DNA of 64,000 nucleotides from Tubiluchus corallicola (taxonomy: Eukaryota; Animalia; Priapulida). Below the pieces are notes generated by a model that did not search any database, had not been told where the DNA came from, and saw nothing but the letters and a program-made list of their open reading frames with translations. The stretch is taken from contig JAQGDQ010000073.1 in the NCBI GenBank assembly GCA_030141605.1, positions 310,001 through 374,000 on the forward strand, given 5' to 3'. The first letter of the stretch is position 1, and the number at the start of each line of letters is the position of its first letter. Made by a program: the position numbers and the translations under genes. This document shows, one piece after another, positions 23,241-36,800 of this stretch.

Positions 23241-23909
23241 ACGTTATTTGTATCTGAATGAAGAGTAATATCTATACAGCAGTTACTGTACTTCAGAAGC
23301 AAAAGCCTCAGAGGGGGTAGACTCGTTTCAGAGAATAACTTTTTACCAGAAAAGTTTTTTACCAGAACTCTTTTGTCCGATAAAAAATTTTATTGAAAAC
23401 TTTTTTGCCATAAAAATTTACTTCCCATAAAAAACGTTCACAGAAAAGATAATTCCCAGAACCATCATTTCACAGGAAATAAAATTCACAGAAAATGTAA
23501 CAATTCCATTTAGATAGTGCGCAATAAAAATTATTTTATTTTAACAAAAGTTAAATAATGCGAAGCCCGGCTATTGATTTGTATGGGACCGTATAGAATT
23601 ATCACTCTTGGGCAGTTACTTTTACTGTGATCGGTGTCTTGGTGTCTAGAGAAGATGTACATACATCCAAATGTAACTGTGTCGTCTCTGCTAGTTCCTC
23701 TCAGAGGATTATCTTGATAATGAACTACGATCTGGTCCTACCATAGAAGAACCTGTAGAAAATTTTCCGAAAACTATAATTTACTTGGCAAATGTTCATC
23801 CCAACATAACCCGTGTTGTTTTCGCATGGTATTTGCATTTTTTATACTTTTCATTATATATTCATTAGTCAATGCATTGTAGTAACTAAAGGACAGTAGA
23901 AAGAAAGAG

Positions 23910-23911
<2 letters not shown>

Positions 23912-24008
<97 letters not shown>

Positions 24009-24070
24009 AAGAGAGGGAGAGACAGTGAGCGAGAGAGAGGGAGACAGAGGGAAATAGAGAGGGAGAGACA
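23912..24070. repeat. (GA)n microsatellite / purine tract
   Basis: Directly visible. Confidence 0.95.
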
Positions 24071-25426
24071 GACAGGGAAGGATGAGAGGGTGAAGGAAGG
24101 TATAAGGGATGGAGATAAAGGGGAGAAGCAAACGGTGAATAATTCAAATTGAATTGCTCGTCGTCACTTTGTGAGTACAGGAATTCCCTACTGTACGCGT
24201 GTAAGTACTAGCAACTTCCATTGTTGCTATTACGTGCGTATTAAAATGATGTGTAGGCGTTATTATGGACCTACACGCCAAATCAATTAAGGTGGGTTTA
24301 CTCATGAGAGCGTGGCTTTATCTGCCAAAGGTTTAGTTTACTTTGATTACGTCAACAAACCTGCATCGTTGATCGTTCTACATTTTCTTCAACTGTAAAT
24401 ACTAAGAAACTGCATTGCCTTGAAAGATATAGCCCACAGATTACTTTTATGGCAGGTTTAAACATAGATAACGCTGAAGGTTTAAGAAACACGTACAGCA
24501 TTGCGTTTTTCACTGAAATGTTTATCTGTCCATTCTCGTATTTATAAACGCTTGTACGGAAATGCGTGACATCGGCACGCTGATACAATAACAATACTAC
24601 GGATTAAATGAGTAACCGGGTTATCGCATTTGTATTACGTGTTTAGAACCTCCATTCGAGTATTCCTGCAATTTTTAGTGCCCACTTCCATATAACATCC
24701 GCTCAGAATATGCTCCTCTTTTCGCATCGGAACTTCCAGTATCAGTTTATCTTCCAAATATCGCTTACTAGGTTAAGTTTAATTAATAGCGACTTTGTTT
24801 TTTCAAGAAATACGAAGTCAAGAAAAGTAATTCTAAATAAACTGGAAGATGATTTCAGATCTCGCTTATTGTTCCAGAATTTTTCACACACGCTTTTTAA
24901 CTACACCGCAGTTGTTATAATTAATTATTTACCTGGCTGGATCCTAGCCTCCACTCTTTTAATTCTCACATCACATTAGATCTGTAGCTTTGCTGGTATA
25001 GCATAATAACGTGTTTACCTAAAGTGCGCTAGTTTTTGCTGGCAACTTTAAACATCGAGCTCTTAGCTCTTCCAAGAAGTAAGAGTATTTTAGATACATG
25101 TAGCGTGATAGGGCACGAAATTGATCTGAATAGAATATTTTTAGCGTATATCACAATGAAAGGCAGTATTACTTGTAGGATAAGTTGACGAGTGAAACAT
25201 GTTTATACAAATGTCCGCGCACGTTCACACATAACTGCACGTAATGTACATGCATTTATTTTACATATACAATTCATTGTACAATTGCACGTATACAATA
25301 CATATAATATATTGTATAAAAATACAAAGATGGCTGAGGAGCGCTATATGTCGTATGTGAAGAGTAGCCACGTACAAGTGAATTTGCCTTGATAAGTATT
25401 ATTTATAGCCTTGCAGGCATTATGTG

Positions 25427-25947
25427 CAGGCCCTATTTCAAGGGGAGGGGGAAGTGGGGATACTTCCCGGGGGCCTCACCGTCCAGGGGGGCCTCGCGCC
25501 TATGTAACTTTTTTTTGCTTTATGCGAACATACTACCTCGTCTCTCCCCCTCTCTGTCTTGCCGCACGAGCGGTTTGTCTTGTGCGGCTCGGTCCCGATG
25601 TTCAGCTGTTTCGTATGAATGTGGATGTAGCAAGTGGCCTTGATTTTAACGAGTTAATTGATAACTTTGCGAAACAAAAAGTCAGAAGATGGCTTGTACG
25701 GAAGTGAGAGTACGATATTACATATTGCAAAGATGTTGTTTTTCATTTGACTATTTGACAAGTATTAAGGACTGGTTTTGAGAATAAAGCAGTTTTTCTT
25801 TCCTTTAACAACTGTATAACTCCATATTTTCTCTTCGAAAATGGTTCTCCGGCGTCCTAGCAGTTCAAAAATTTTCTGGGCGCCAACCATGGCCTCACCC
25901 CCCCCCCCCCACTTCCCCTGGCCTCGCTTAGGCTGAAATAGGCCCTG
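25427..25947 (+). mobile_element. Non-autonomous hAT element retaining the extreme C-terminus of a transposase
   Basis: TIR CAGG(C/G)CCTATTTCA. Perfect 8-bp TSD ATTATGTG (25419-26, 25948-55). Internal peptide MNVDVASGLDFNELIDNFAKQKVRR matches the end of the hAT dimerisation domain (LDFDDIIDEFA..K.R). Confidence 0.9.
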
Positions 25948-26227
25948 ATTATGTGTTCTGCGTAACGTAAGCTAATGGCCAGACTTATCGGGCGTCCCGA
26001 TGATTCCTCGTGGAAGTTCAGAAAGTGATCGAGCAAGTGACACGCTTTCCTGATAGTCCAAATACACGTGCATAAAAAGCTTTGCACGGTATTCCAACAA
26101 AATTCAACTTGCATAATTTTTGAAGCACATGCTTATCAAACGACTTTTTCCAGATTACTCAATTATAGGCCAGAATTTTTTGCATAGATCTGACTACTGC
26201 TTTTGCTGCACAGGTTTGTTTGCATTA

Positions 26228-26492
26228 AGAAAGCCTAATAGTCTAGATACTCGACACTCATCGGGGACGCGTGACATACATGGATGACAATTATGAGTGT
26301 CACTCGGTCGTGACGGAGACTCCCGGTAATCTAAAGGGAACTTAATGTTTCGTTTTCCCAATAAGCTAAACACAGGAAACCCCGATGGTCTAGACATACG
26401 ATACTGAATGGGGATGCGTGACATCGTAAATCATGACCTTTGAGTGTCGCTCAGTGACGAAAGGCACCCCCATTGCCTAACGGAAATATGCG
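26228..26492. repeat. Two diverged GC-rich tandem units, period 147 bp, with internal inverted repeats
   Basis: GTCTAGA..GA(C/T)ACT..ATNGGGGA(C/T)GCGTGACAT...ATGAC...TGAGTGTC(A/G)CTC...GTGACG..CCC occurs at 26241 and 26388. Confidence 0.7.
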
Positions 26493-26720
26493 CACATGAA
26501 GTCAAATTACTTTGGCGTTCGGATGAGTGATATTTTTTTTTAACATGACCAAACTGTGTTGAAAGCGTAATGGCCAGAGTCTTCCTTTTCGCCGGAGAGC
26601 GTTCCTCGGGCCTTTGAACAATAAATTCTTTACCAGAAAATTAGGTAAGAAGTGTGAGTTGGCATGGGGAAGACGACAAAAAAAGCGATGTAAAACGAAG
26701 ACAGTTATGATTATACAATA

Positions 26721-27328
26721 CAGTATTTTTCGCAAAATTCGGGATCCTTTTTTAATTCGCGAATTGCAAGAAAATCAGGTATTGTGTCCGACACTGTTAT
26801 AATATGCCGCCCGCTCGGTAGGGGGAGGCTAATATTGATATCAGTATTGAGAACTTGGGGAAAATTGCAACAAGAAAAATTAATACCAAATTAATAACGT
26901 AAGATTCAGTGAGAAATTCTTCATCCCTGCTTCTTACTTTACAGAAACGTGGAAAGTTCTTGCTGATTGTGATCCGCGAGTCGGAGGTGGTTTCACGTCG
27001 ATTTCTAGATTTATGCCCGATTGAAAAAAGAGACCTGCATTCACATATACACACAAGTTTGTCGTTTCAATGGAATAAAGACATTAGTGTTTTTACCAAT
27101 TCTCGGTATCATTTTTTGGGAGAAAACTGACATTTTGGTGGAAGACGAGGAGAATAAGTGAGCAATGGAAAAACACGATTCCTGTAAATAATAAGGAAAT
27201 AGACCATCATAATCAAAATTAGCCTACCCCCAGCGAGCGGGCGGGCATATTATAACAGTGTCGGACATAACAGCTGATTTTCTTGCAATTCGCGAATTAA
27301 AAAAGAATCCCGAATTTTGCGAAAAATA
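26721..27328. mobile_element. MITE with about 115-bp inverted repeats (pogo/Tc1-like left end TA|CAGTA)
   Basis: 26724-26839 is the reverse complement of about 27214-27328 with few differences (TATTTTTCGCAAAATTCGGGAT...GTCCGACACTGTTATAATATGCC). The right terminus and TSD are not clean. Confidence 0.8.
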
Positions 27329-27769
27329 AGTCAGCAATAATTCATAGCAGTTTTAATTATGATGAATTTTACGATTTAAATTTTTAATTGCTTAGTGCAA
27401 GTTTAAGTTAATTTCCATTAAGTGTAGCGACATAGGTAAAATAGCAAAATATCTTTGAAACGCAATAACAAGAACTTGTTATAGTCTACATAGCAAGCAT
27501 AACCAACACCTGTTACAGATAACAGTAACTAGAACTAGATGGCTACGCAGAAAAGTTATTAAAAAAAGATATCAAGCCCTCAGCAGAGAAGTATATCTGT
27601 AACATTGCATGATTGCATATTTTTTCCATAACTGTATAATCGTAGTTGTAATGTTTTGCGTAGTTTTTCACCCATAGGACTAAAGCACTTTGGCAATGTA
27701 ATTTTAGGTTTCTTTGAGCAAAGACGCATTGTCTTCAAAGCGTATGTTAATTTTAGCTAACAAACGGGA

Positions 27770-27772
<3 letters not shown>

Positions 27773-27821
<49 letters not shown>
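27773..27821. repeat. (TA)n microsatellite
   Basis: Directly visible. Confidence 0.95.
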
Positions 27822-27827
<6 letters not shown>

Positions 27828-30800
27828 CAATAATTTCTATTTTTAAGAAAATAACAACGATAAATTTGATTAATGTAAAAGTGGAACACATTGTAGTTCT
27901 ACATTTGATGTTATAATAAATTTTATTATAAGATAACAATAAAATTCATCGATTCATAATCAATAATTCGAAGACTTGAAAGTTCCGTACGCTATCTAAT
28001 GCCAAGTATGATGTGCAGCCGAAATATCAAGGCTGTTAACAGATCTGTTCTGCAAGTGGCAATTTTATTACATTAACTGGAAAGAATTCCTCGCCACAGG
28101 AAAGCTGACCGTCGAAATAAGATCCCGTAGAGAAATATACCAAAGATGGGGATACAAAATTCAGAAAGATTTTACTTTTGTGACTTCTGAAAAACTTTCA
28201 ATTAAAGAAATTTAACAGACTGTGCACAGATAGCTTCTATAAGACAAGAGTACTTTAAATTCATCTCTGCACAAGAGTAATTAAGGCGACCACTTGGCTA
28301 ACTTAATTAAAGAAATGAAAATAGCCAAATACAATAACAACAGTAGGATAAAGCTGACTATTAACTTCCCACCAAACTCAGGTTTTTAAGACATTGCATA
28401 GCAAAATTTTCTCGAAATTTATACAGTTATTATTCTTTATTTCCTGCAAACATTTCACTTGTGAAGTTATTAGACCCCCAGTGCTAGCTAGGGTCACGAA
28501 ACTCACAAAGTGGGTAGTCCTGGTATGGAGACAGACAAAAGTGTTTTAACCGCTGACCCCTGTTTCGTCAAGGATCAAGGTCTGGGGTGTCGGTCAGCTT
28601 TTGGATTAATTCACATCTCTTCCTAGTTTTTGCTGATATTAGTATCTTACTGATGATATGATCCTGCAACAGCCATATTTTTGAACTAAATGAATAATAA
28701 TTGTGGATAAGCAGTACATAGCAGCAATAAAAGCTACTCCTAACATTTTATAATTGTGATACAATATCATTAATAAAAGACATTCTTAAAATTGGGATTA
28801 TAAATAACTAATTAGTATCTTATGCTCCTAAAGAAATACAATGGGGACCTAGTAAATACAACAGTTTTGAGGACAGAAATACAAATCATAACAGTCCTAA
28901 CTACTAGCTACAGTTTCATTTGGCACAAACAGGAGGCTTCCTACATAAATCCACCTGAGCCAAATTAAAACTAAGTTGCTGTAGATTAAACCTGTGTTAT
29001 CACTTTTACATATCACACTAAATAAGATCTAAATAACATCAGCTCCTGTTATTACATACAATTATCCTATTCACACCACACATGTATGCATGTATGATTA
29101 ATTTTCTATTTATACAACTAACAAATTGTTTAACAATAATTATATTTAACAGTAACACACTGAATCAGGTAAGGAGTGAAACAATTCGAGATTGTGTAAA
29201 TGAGTACGAGATTTAGGGTCCTCACGCTGGACCATCAGGCCCCTGAAACACAAAATAAGACATGCATGTTCCTGAAAGAAGTGCTTGCTAATCCTGCTAG
29301 AATTTAGAGTCTTACGTTACTCGACTCACACACAATTGGGCAACTTGCAATAACGTGCGGGTAAAAAATTTAACGACAAGAATTTAAATAAAATTTTACA
29401 CTAGCTAATTATACAGATACTTCACCTGCAGTTTTTGTGGAATAAATGCACTTAATTGCTCAAAGTCGTCAGCGTGTCAGTGCCCACATAAGTAATTCTC
29501 ACTGTTCCCTGTTAAGTTTCAGAAAAACCCTCATATGCAAAACAAACACTCAAATTGCAAACTTAACAATCAGTCAGCACAAATTCAAGTATCAAGAATG
29601 GCCATTTTTATAAAGTTCTTGCCAGGACAGCATGGCAAAACTTGATCAAATTTTTTTTCTAAACTAAGACTAATAACATTACAAGGCCAATACTCTAACA
29701 GATTTATGCAGCTGCTTTGTACATTTTTGCTTTCTTTCCGACTGCAAACACTTCTGCATGATCTTGCATGTCAAAAACTGTGTTACACGGGCCTTACATG
29801 TAACAAACAATTAAAATTTTTACGTACAATAAATGCCATGCATTTTCTTAGCACTTACACAACATGTACTTTGCAGCAGATCAAATTCCTTTAAGATCAC
29901 TGCTATTGATTTTTATTGAAGTGAATAATTTTTCATCTCTGTTTTGTCCCCTGCAAGACTTTTTTTAGTTATTAATACAACTAAAAGCAATAAAACAACC
30001 AGCACTTTAAGACGACTTTTAATTTAAAATTGTGGCAATACATCTTTGAGCTACAGCTTAATACCTGTACCATACCTGAAAGCGCATACTAATTACATTA
30101 ATTAATAACTTACTTAACTACATCAGCATTAGTTTGTTCCATATGCATATTAATATTTAAAGCTTATCACATCACATGCAGAAATGGAATCCAAAAAGGA
30201 ATCATCTATCAAGCCAAAACTTGCATGGTCAGGTAAAGCCATGGCAAGGAATTCAGATGGAAACACACATGCATGCATGCACACACACACACACACGCAC
30301 ACGCACACAGCATGTGAATGATCTGTGAAGACCCCACATGCACACATACTCAAACAAATACACAAGACACAAATCTGCTCTGTCATGTTCAGATACAGAC
30401 GTGCATACACACATACATGCTGCTCGACACCATTGAACTAACACGTTCAGATATAGACAGACACCTACATACATGTGAGACTGGATCAAACACCCACGCC
30501 ACAGAGTAATTTCCAAATACTCTATGCCCATGTGCGTTTCAACTAATACTTGAGTCTAATTTAACAATTGGTAGTGTGACCAATGTTAAGCAACAAAGCT
30601 ATCAAAGCCACCTGATGACTGTAAGAGAACTTTTTGTTAGTTCTTTTCATTTGTGTTCATTCTAATATCATTAGCAGCCAATTCAGGTTGTTCTGTGCAT
30701 CAAAATTATGTCTTCCACTTTAGGTCTGCACACAAACACACCTAATGATAATGGCAAGTTATAGGCTATTACCCTTACAGTTTGACCAAGCACCTAATTT

Positions 30801-30828
30801 ACTAATTGCCTACGATTAAAAATAATTT

Positions 30829-33800
30829 TTATATAAAAGTAAAACCAGCCCCACGGTAGTTGTTGTATATTTTTTCGATTGCACTAACGAAAGCGGCTGT
30901 GCGCAGGTCGAGGCCTAGGTCGTATTTTGTCGCAATTCGCATGATTGCCTTTGCCGACCTTTCCATTGTGTATGCTAGTCCAGAGTGGACAATGTCCTTC
31001 TCCGATGCTCCCTGTTGAGAAAATAATTAACTTTAATCTAGAATGATAATCACTCAAAATATTTATGGGTACAGCATCAACCAAGGAAGCATTTTAAAAT
31101 GACTAAGATATTTACAAGTTTAAAGACAATCCATACTTGTGTGCCAAAATTGATTTTCAAGAATATTTGCTTTTAACAAAACATTAGTGGGAATATTTAC
31201 AGAACCACATAATGTGTTTTGTATTTTATTATTCTTGAAGGACAATATCAACGGTTACGAATTTTTGGCAGTGCAATGCTTTTTTTGAGAGAAATCAAGT
31301 ACGGCTTTCCAAAAATTCAAATTTTTCTATCTAGTTTTCTTGACGAATAGCAGTGATAATAAGAAGTCCACTCAAGTGCTGTACCTGAAATTAGACAACA
31401 CTAATCTCCATATTTAATAGAACTGTTCATTATGAGTTATTATTATTTGAATAAAAAATATTATTTACATTTAATTCTAAATATGAACTTACAGCAATTC
31501 TTTCCCGAAATTGTTCGCTTGGCATAATCGGAATTCCCCCTCCACTTTTCCCGAATTTTCTTTCTAGTGAGTCCTGTACACTTCCTAAAACACCAAAGTT
31601 ATTATTGTGCAGAAGTAAAGAAACACTTGCTATTTTAATTACACTAGTGGCCAATATGGTTGGAATAAACCTTTTCACAGTTTCATTGTGTGCACTAGCA
31701 GTTGCTGCTGGTCAAACGTTAAATGAACCCCAGCAATGCGTTTTAACTACAACCATCACATGACATGTGGGTAAAGCACAGCCGTCTGCCACATCACTTC
31801 AGTAGTTTTACATAGACTGTACTTAATTATCCATTAGTCTGTGCATACAGTGATTTACTAGCAGGATTTTGCTTGGAAACAAGAAAAATTAACTAGATTA
31901 AGGTTCTGCAAGGCATTGTCAAGTGTACAAAAACGCCTTGTCTTGTTCACTTAACCTTCGACCTTTTCACGATCACCATCAATTGCTGGAACTGAAAAGG
32001 CTTATTGTTTCAGGCTTACTTGTTACAGGCACTTTTCCTAGTAGCGCACTGCCCTTAGCCGTAGTTGAACAATATGTACATAGAACATAATAAAACTGCC
32101 CCAAGACAGTCTTCTTAGTGATCAGCCATCCATTTACTGACCGGACTCTGTATTACTTATCTTCGGCTGATACGCAAATGCCATGGCCACTCTCAGTTAT
32201 TCCCAATGCCCCAAACTCTTCAGAATTTTTTAGTGAAGAAAAAATTTGCCTCTCAGCAAACCCAAGCAAAATTTACTTAATCAAAATATTATCTTGGTTT
32301 CCTGTATAATGATATCATTTCCTAGAGTCTGTGCAAAGTCCTTAAATCACGTGCAAACACACTGCGTATTTTTGACAAGTTAAACTTACCCAACAATAAA
32401 TAATTTGAGTCACTGTCATATTTAAACGTAAGTCGACCGTAGCTGACATGGTTTAAATTCTTTAACCATTCAAAGTAAGACACCGTGACACCGCCTGCAT
32501 TGAGGTACAAGTCTGGGATTACCAGACGGCTGTTCTCTCTCAACCATCGATCTGCTTCTGGAGTGACTGGTCCATTTGCACCTTCGGCAATAATCTGCAA
32601 AATAAGATCAATGATTTCCTTAATCTTGTTCAATGCTCTACACTACATGCTGCCACATACTTATATTATTATAGTTGCTGCAACTGTTGTTGCAAAAAGT
32701 CTATACAAATGAAATGATTTTGTGTGAGCTTGTTCTCGTGCGAACAAAGTTTGACTTACGTACAGGAAAAATAAAAAATGAGACACTTTTGAAAATTTAC
32801 TGTCTCCAAAGGTGAGGTAGCTATCATTTGTTAAACAAATTCTTCATAAAAATATTTACTTCTTCATGTATTTATGATAATACACAATTAAATCAAGTAA
32901 TTCTCTGCCAATGCGGGTAACTGCATTCTAGCAAATTGCAGCAAGTACATAAAAAGCAACAGACTTCAATAGCAACTTCAATTTATTTTTTTTAATTATT
33001 CCATTTGAATAAAATTTTGAAAAACAACAACTAGCAAACTTTGCAAAAAATCCTTCTGTGCACTGACATTCTTTACTTTATTATAAACTTAAAAGGATTG
33101 TGTATGATAAATACGTTTTCAAAATTACTTTCAAATTACTCCCTAAATAAGATATTTTTAATGCTAAACTGAAACATCTTCATACAAAAAACGAAAATTA
33201 AAATAACTTATTCACCTCTGTAAAATGAACTGCACTTACATGTGGCATTAGTTTTGAATTTAATAAAACAAAATAATTTGAACCAAACAATTAATTCACT
33301 CAGTAGGACATTTTTCTGGACTTTTGATAAATGTATTACCTTTGCCTGTACTTTTTGTACATTCTCCTTGTTAATTACTTTTTCACTGGCAGCAGGCACA
33401 AGTATATCACAATCTTCAAATATAAGGTTCCCCTCATAAGCAGTTGCCTCCGGATATCCTACTATAGTTCCATGTTCCTATAGAAAGAGTTAAGAATTTT
33501 TCTCAAATTTTCTTTTTTCCTTATCTCCTAATTTTCTTCATTTCACTATCCTGTACTAACCGTAACTATTAGTCCATTTTTACCTCATTTTTCACGTTTC
33601 AGGTTTTGCATTAAGCTAGACTTCAGGGGGACTTGCGACACAACACATTGTTGTAACTTTCTCTAAACTGTTAAACTGTAATTAAATAATTGTTAAACTG
33701 TAAACATTCATTATTTTACACAAATATCCATTATTTTAAGAATAACTGTTTATGTTATAAACAAACAACACTTCAAATACCATTAAATCTGGAACTTCTC

Positions 33801-36800
33801 AATGTTGGTATACCACAGCATATCATACCAACCAGACCAACTAGATCAAATTGATTAGACCAATAAATGATTTTTCTTAACAATAAATAAAAAATACTTG
33901 TTTGTCATATGTACTAAATGTTTTTCGAGAGTAACTAAAGAAAAATCAGTTTATACAGAAGTTGTTGTGTGCGGGTGATTTTTTCTGAGATGGTTGGCAT
34001 CAAACAGGTTGTTGCAGACAGACTCTTGCCATATGCAACTAGTATTTGCCATGAATATTCAGGAGTAAGAACACCTGTGGGACACCCATCTAGTTATTAA
34101 TCAAGCCTGACATAGCTCATACTCAAGCACACACCATGATTAGCCAGCTATTCCAGTCATCCAAACCAAAGAGTAAGAACAACTCGGAAGAAAAAATTGC
34201 ACTATGGATATATCATTATACTTTCCCTATAATATTATCTACATACATTTTATTTATTTTATAATATAAAAAAAAGAAACTAAAACGCAAACACGTTACG
34301 TAAATAAAATATGCATGCAATACAGTACAACAACAGGTATAATAAACTGCATGTATGGTAAATAAGTACAAAAATCTCAAGCTACATATTTGACTTAATG
34401 AAAACTCATTAACTATCAAAATTATGTCTTCTTATAGAAGCACTTATATCTTTTTCATAGTCTACCTAAGCATTCTCAAAAATATACAATTAACAAAATC
34501 ATATTTTCAAATACGTACAATTTTATAGTCTTCCAAGGAACGAGGATCAATCCCATCACGGTTGTAGATCCCGCCATCTATCTCTTGAATTCCGATGCAT
34601 GTTGCTCCATGACGGTGGAGGTAGCGCATTGTGTGCAAACCAACGTTACCACAACCCTAACAATGATTAGTGTTAATGCAAAATCACCAGGCTTCTTTCT
34701 TTGCAGAAAAAGAAAAAGTAAACAAAATTTTGATGAAAATTAGCCGTTGGTTCAAGAACAAGCCAATATCAAAAAATTAGATAGTTTTGCTCGTAAATTT
34801 AGCGGGACTCAGTTAGTTGTGTACTCAACAACAACAACGGAAACTGAATCAATTTAATCTCAACAATGACCAAAATCCGATTTTACTTTTCATAGTACAG
34901 TAGGCACCGCTTAATAGACTAACTTTGGGATTGAAGTGTATTGACCCAATTAACCAATAGAACCTATTAACCGATTGGTGTAATATTACTTGTATAGAAG
35001 TATGAGTCATCAGCTTACTATGAACTGCAAAGGTTTTTAATGAATTTTAGAAACGAAGTAATGCATAAATTCCTTTGTGCAGTTAAAAATTAGAAAAAAT
35101 ATTTTAAAATATTAATTTATATAAGTGAATTACCAACAAATTGAAAAGCATAGTTTTCTAAATCACACAAGTCTGTTTATTTGCAAAAATTGCTAAAATT
35201 TCTTCGAGGTCGACTGCTTCATTTTATGGTGAAGAAGTTGGCTCACAAAGTTCTCATAATGATAAAATCGCTGAAAATTCTCGGTGCACAAATTCTCGTA
35301 AAACACTTAGCACTTGGCATGCTTAAACTGTCGGTGGTGCCGGTGTTTCCCCGCAAGTAGCTTCGTCTGTAGTTTCGCCTAAGCTCCCACTTGCTGTAAT
35401 TGTGACGTACTTACTGTACTGTACCTGCATCCTTGGCATAACAGCAACATCTAACTGATTAAACTTTCTGGCAAAGACAGCCAGAGCTTCAAAAGCAAAA
35501 TGCTAAGCAAGTGATTAAATGTTTAGCTTCCAGGAATTCTTAGGTAACGAGGTTAATTGCAGTGGACGGGTGGCCAAAGAAAACCATTACGCTATCATAA
35601 TTAGAGTATGATAAACGTTCCTGCTTACAAACAAAATGGTACTTAGCATGACTGTTTCTATATATATTATAGAACAAAAGTGAACTAAGATGATGTAAAA
35701 GTCAAAAAAGCTTATTAGTACCACGAAACTGTCTTACTGAAGCATGTGAAGCAAAAATATTGAGTCAATTATGCGGAGTTATTTGTGTTAATTACCAACA
35801 GTTTTTATGTACATTTGAATAAAAGCGGCCCGTAACCAGGCCTTTTTGAGTCAATTAAGCAGCTACTGTATTGCCACCTCAGAAAATTACTATGTTCTGT
35901 GATGTCACTTAGGGGATTGTACGACTGTATGTAGAAACAATTTGAATAAGTCATGGCTAATGGAACTAACAATGAGTTACGTAATTGTTCCATTTGAACA
36001 TGTGCGCAGTTGCTATTTCAAATAACAATAAAAAAGTTAAGTGTCAGGTCACGACCTCAGAAAAAACAAATGCAGACTGTAAATTTCATTAAAGAACTTA
36101 CATTGGCTCTAGAACTACAAAAGAAACTAATAACAAACACTAGTAAAAGTGAGTCAACAAGTAGCTTAAACCTAGAAATTCATACTTGCAGAATGAAGGT
36201 TTTTCCACCCCATCCAGGTGTTAGACCAATAGCACTCATGTAGCTGGCTTCATTCACAAATTGCTCAATCCCGTGAAATACTCCCTGGAAAAGTCCAAAA
36301 ACCACACAGATGACCAAATAAACAACAACGGAGCCAAATGTTTCTTACTTGACTCTGTTTGTTGTTCCCTCTTTGTGTAAATTATTATAATTTAAATATG
36401 TACATAATGTAAATAATATGCAAACATTCTTATTTTTTATGTTATTAACAAATTAAATATTGTACTGCAATTTCAAAATAACTACTGATAAAACAAGTCA
36501 AACTACTACAAAACTTTAAAGCAGATAAACAATTTGCAGTTTAAACAAGATTTTACATTGTGACTTTCAAGATGAAACTGTCTATAAAAACTTAAGGCAA
36601 AAATGACTGCAGCAAATAATATCTTAGTACATGCACTTTTATTACAGAAATTTTTTCATTGATTAATTTTTAATTTTTATTATTATAATTCTTTATTTTT
36701 AAAAAACTATGCACAATATACATTCCCTCTATTTACAGGGATAATCAACGCTAACTGACCGGTTAACTTATTCTCATATATAATTTATCAATCACAAAAC

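Noticed and set aside
22498-23268. ORFs with poly-Q, poly-C/L or Ser-rich content
   Set aside because: By-products of the 30-bp CAG-rich minisatellite; no splice context or homology.
23869-24147. Ser/Leu-repeat ORFs
   Set aside because: Translation of the (GA)n microsatellite.
17500-24200. IRF first exon/promoter, and NF-kB-like (24179), E2F-like (17853) and ETS-like (22749) sites
   Set aside because: Several equally plausible minus-strand donors (about 21087, 22197, 22678); isolated motifs are expected by chance; no clean ISRE or GAS site noticed.
30150-30531. Cys/Val-rich ORFs
   Set aside because: Translation of CA-rich low-complexity sequence downstream of the GDH stop codon.
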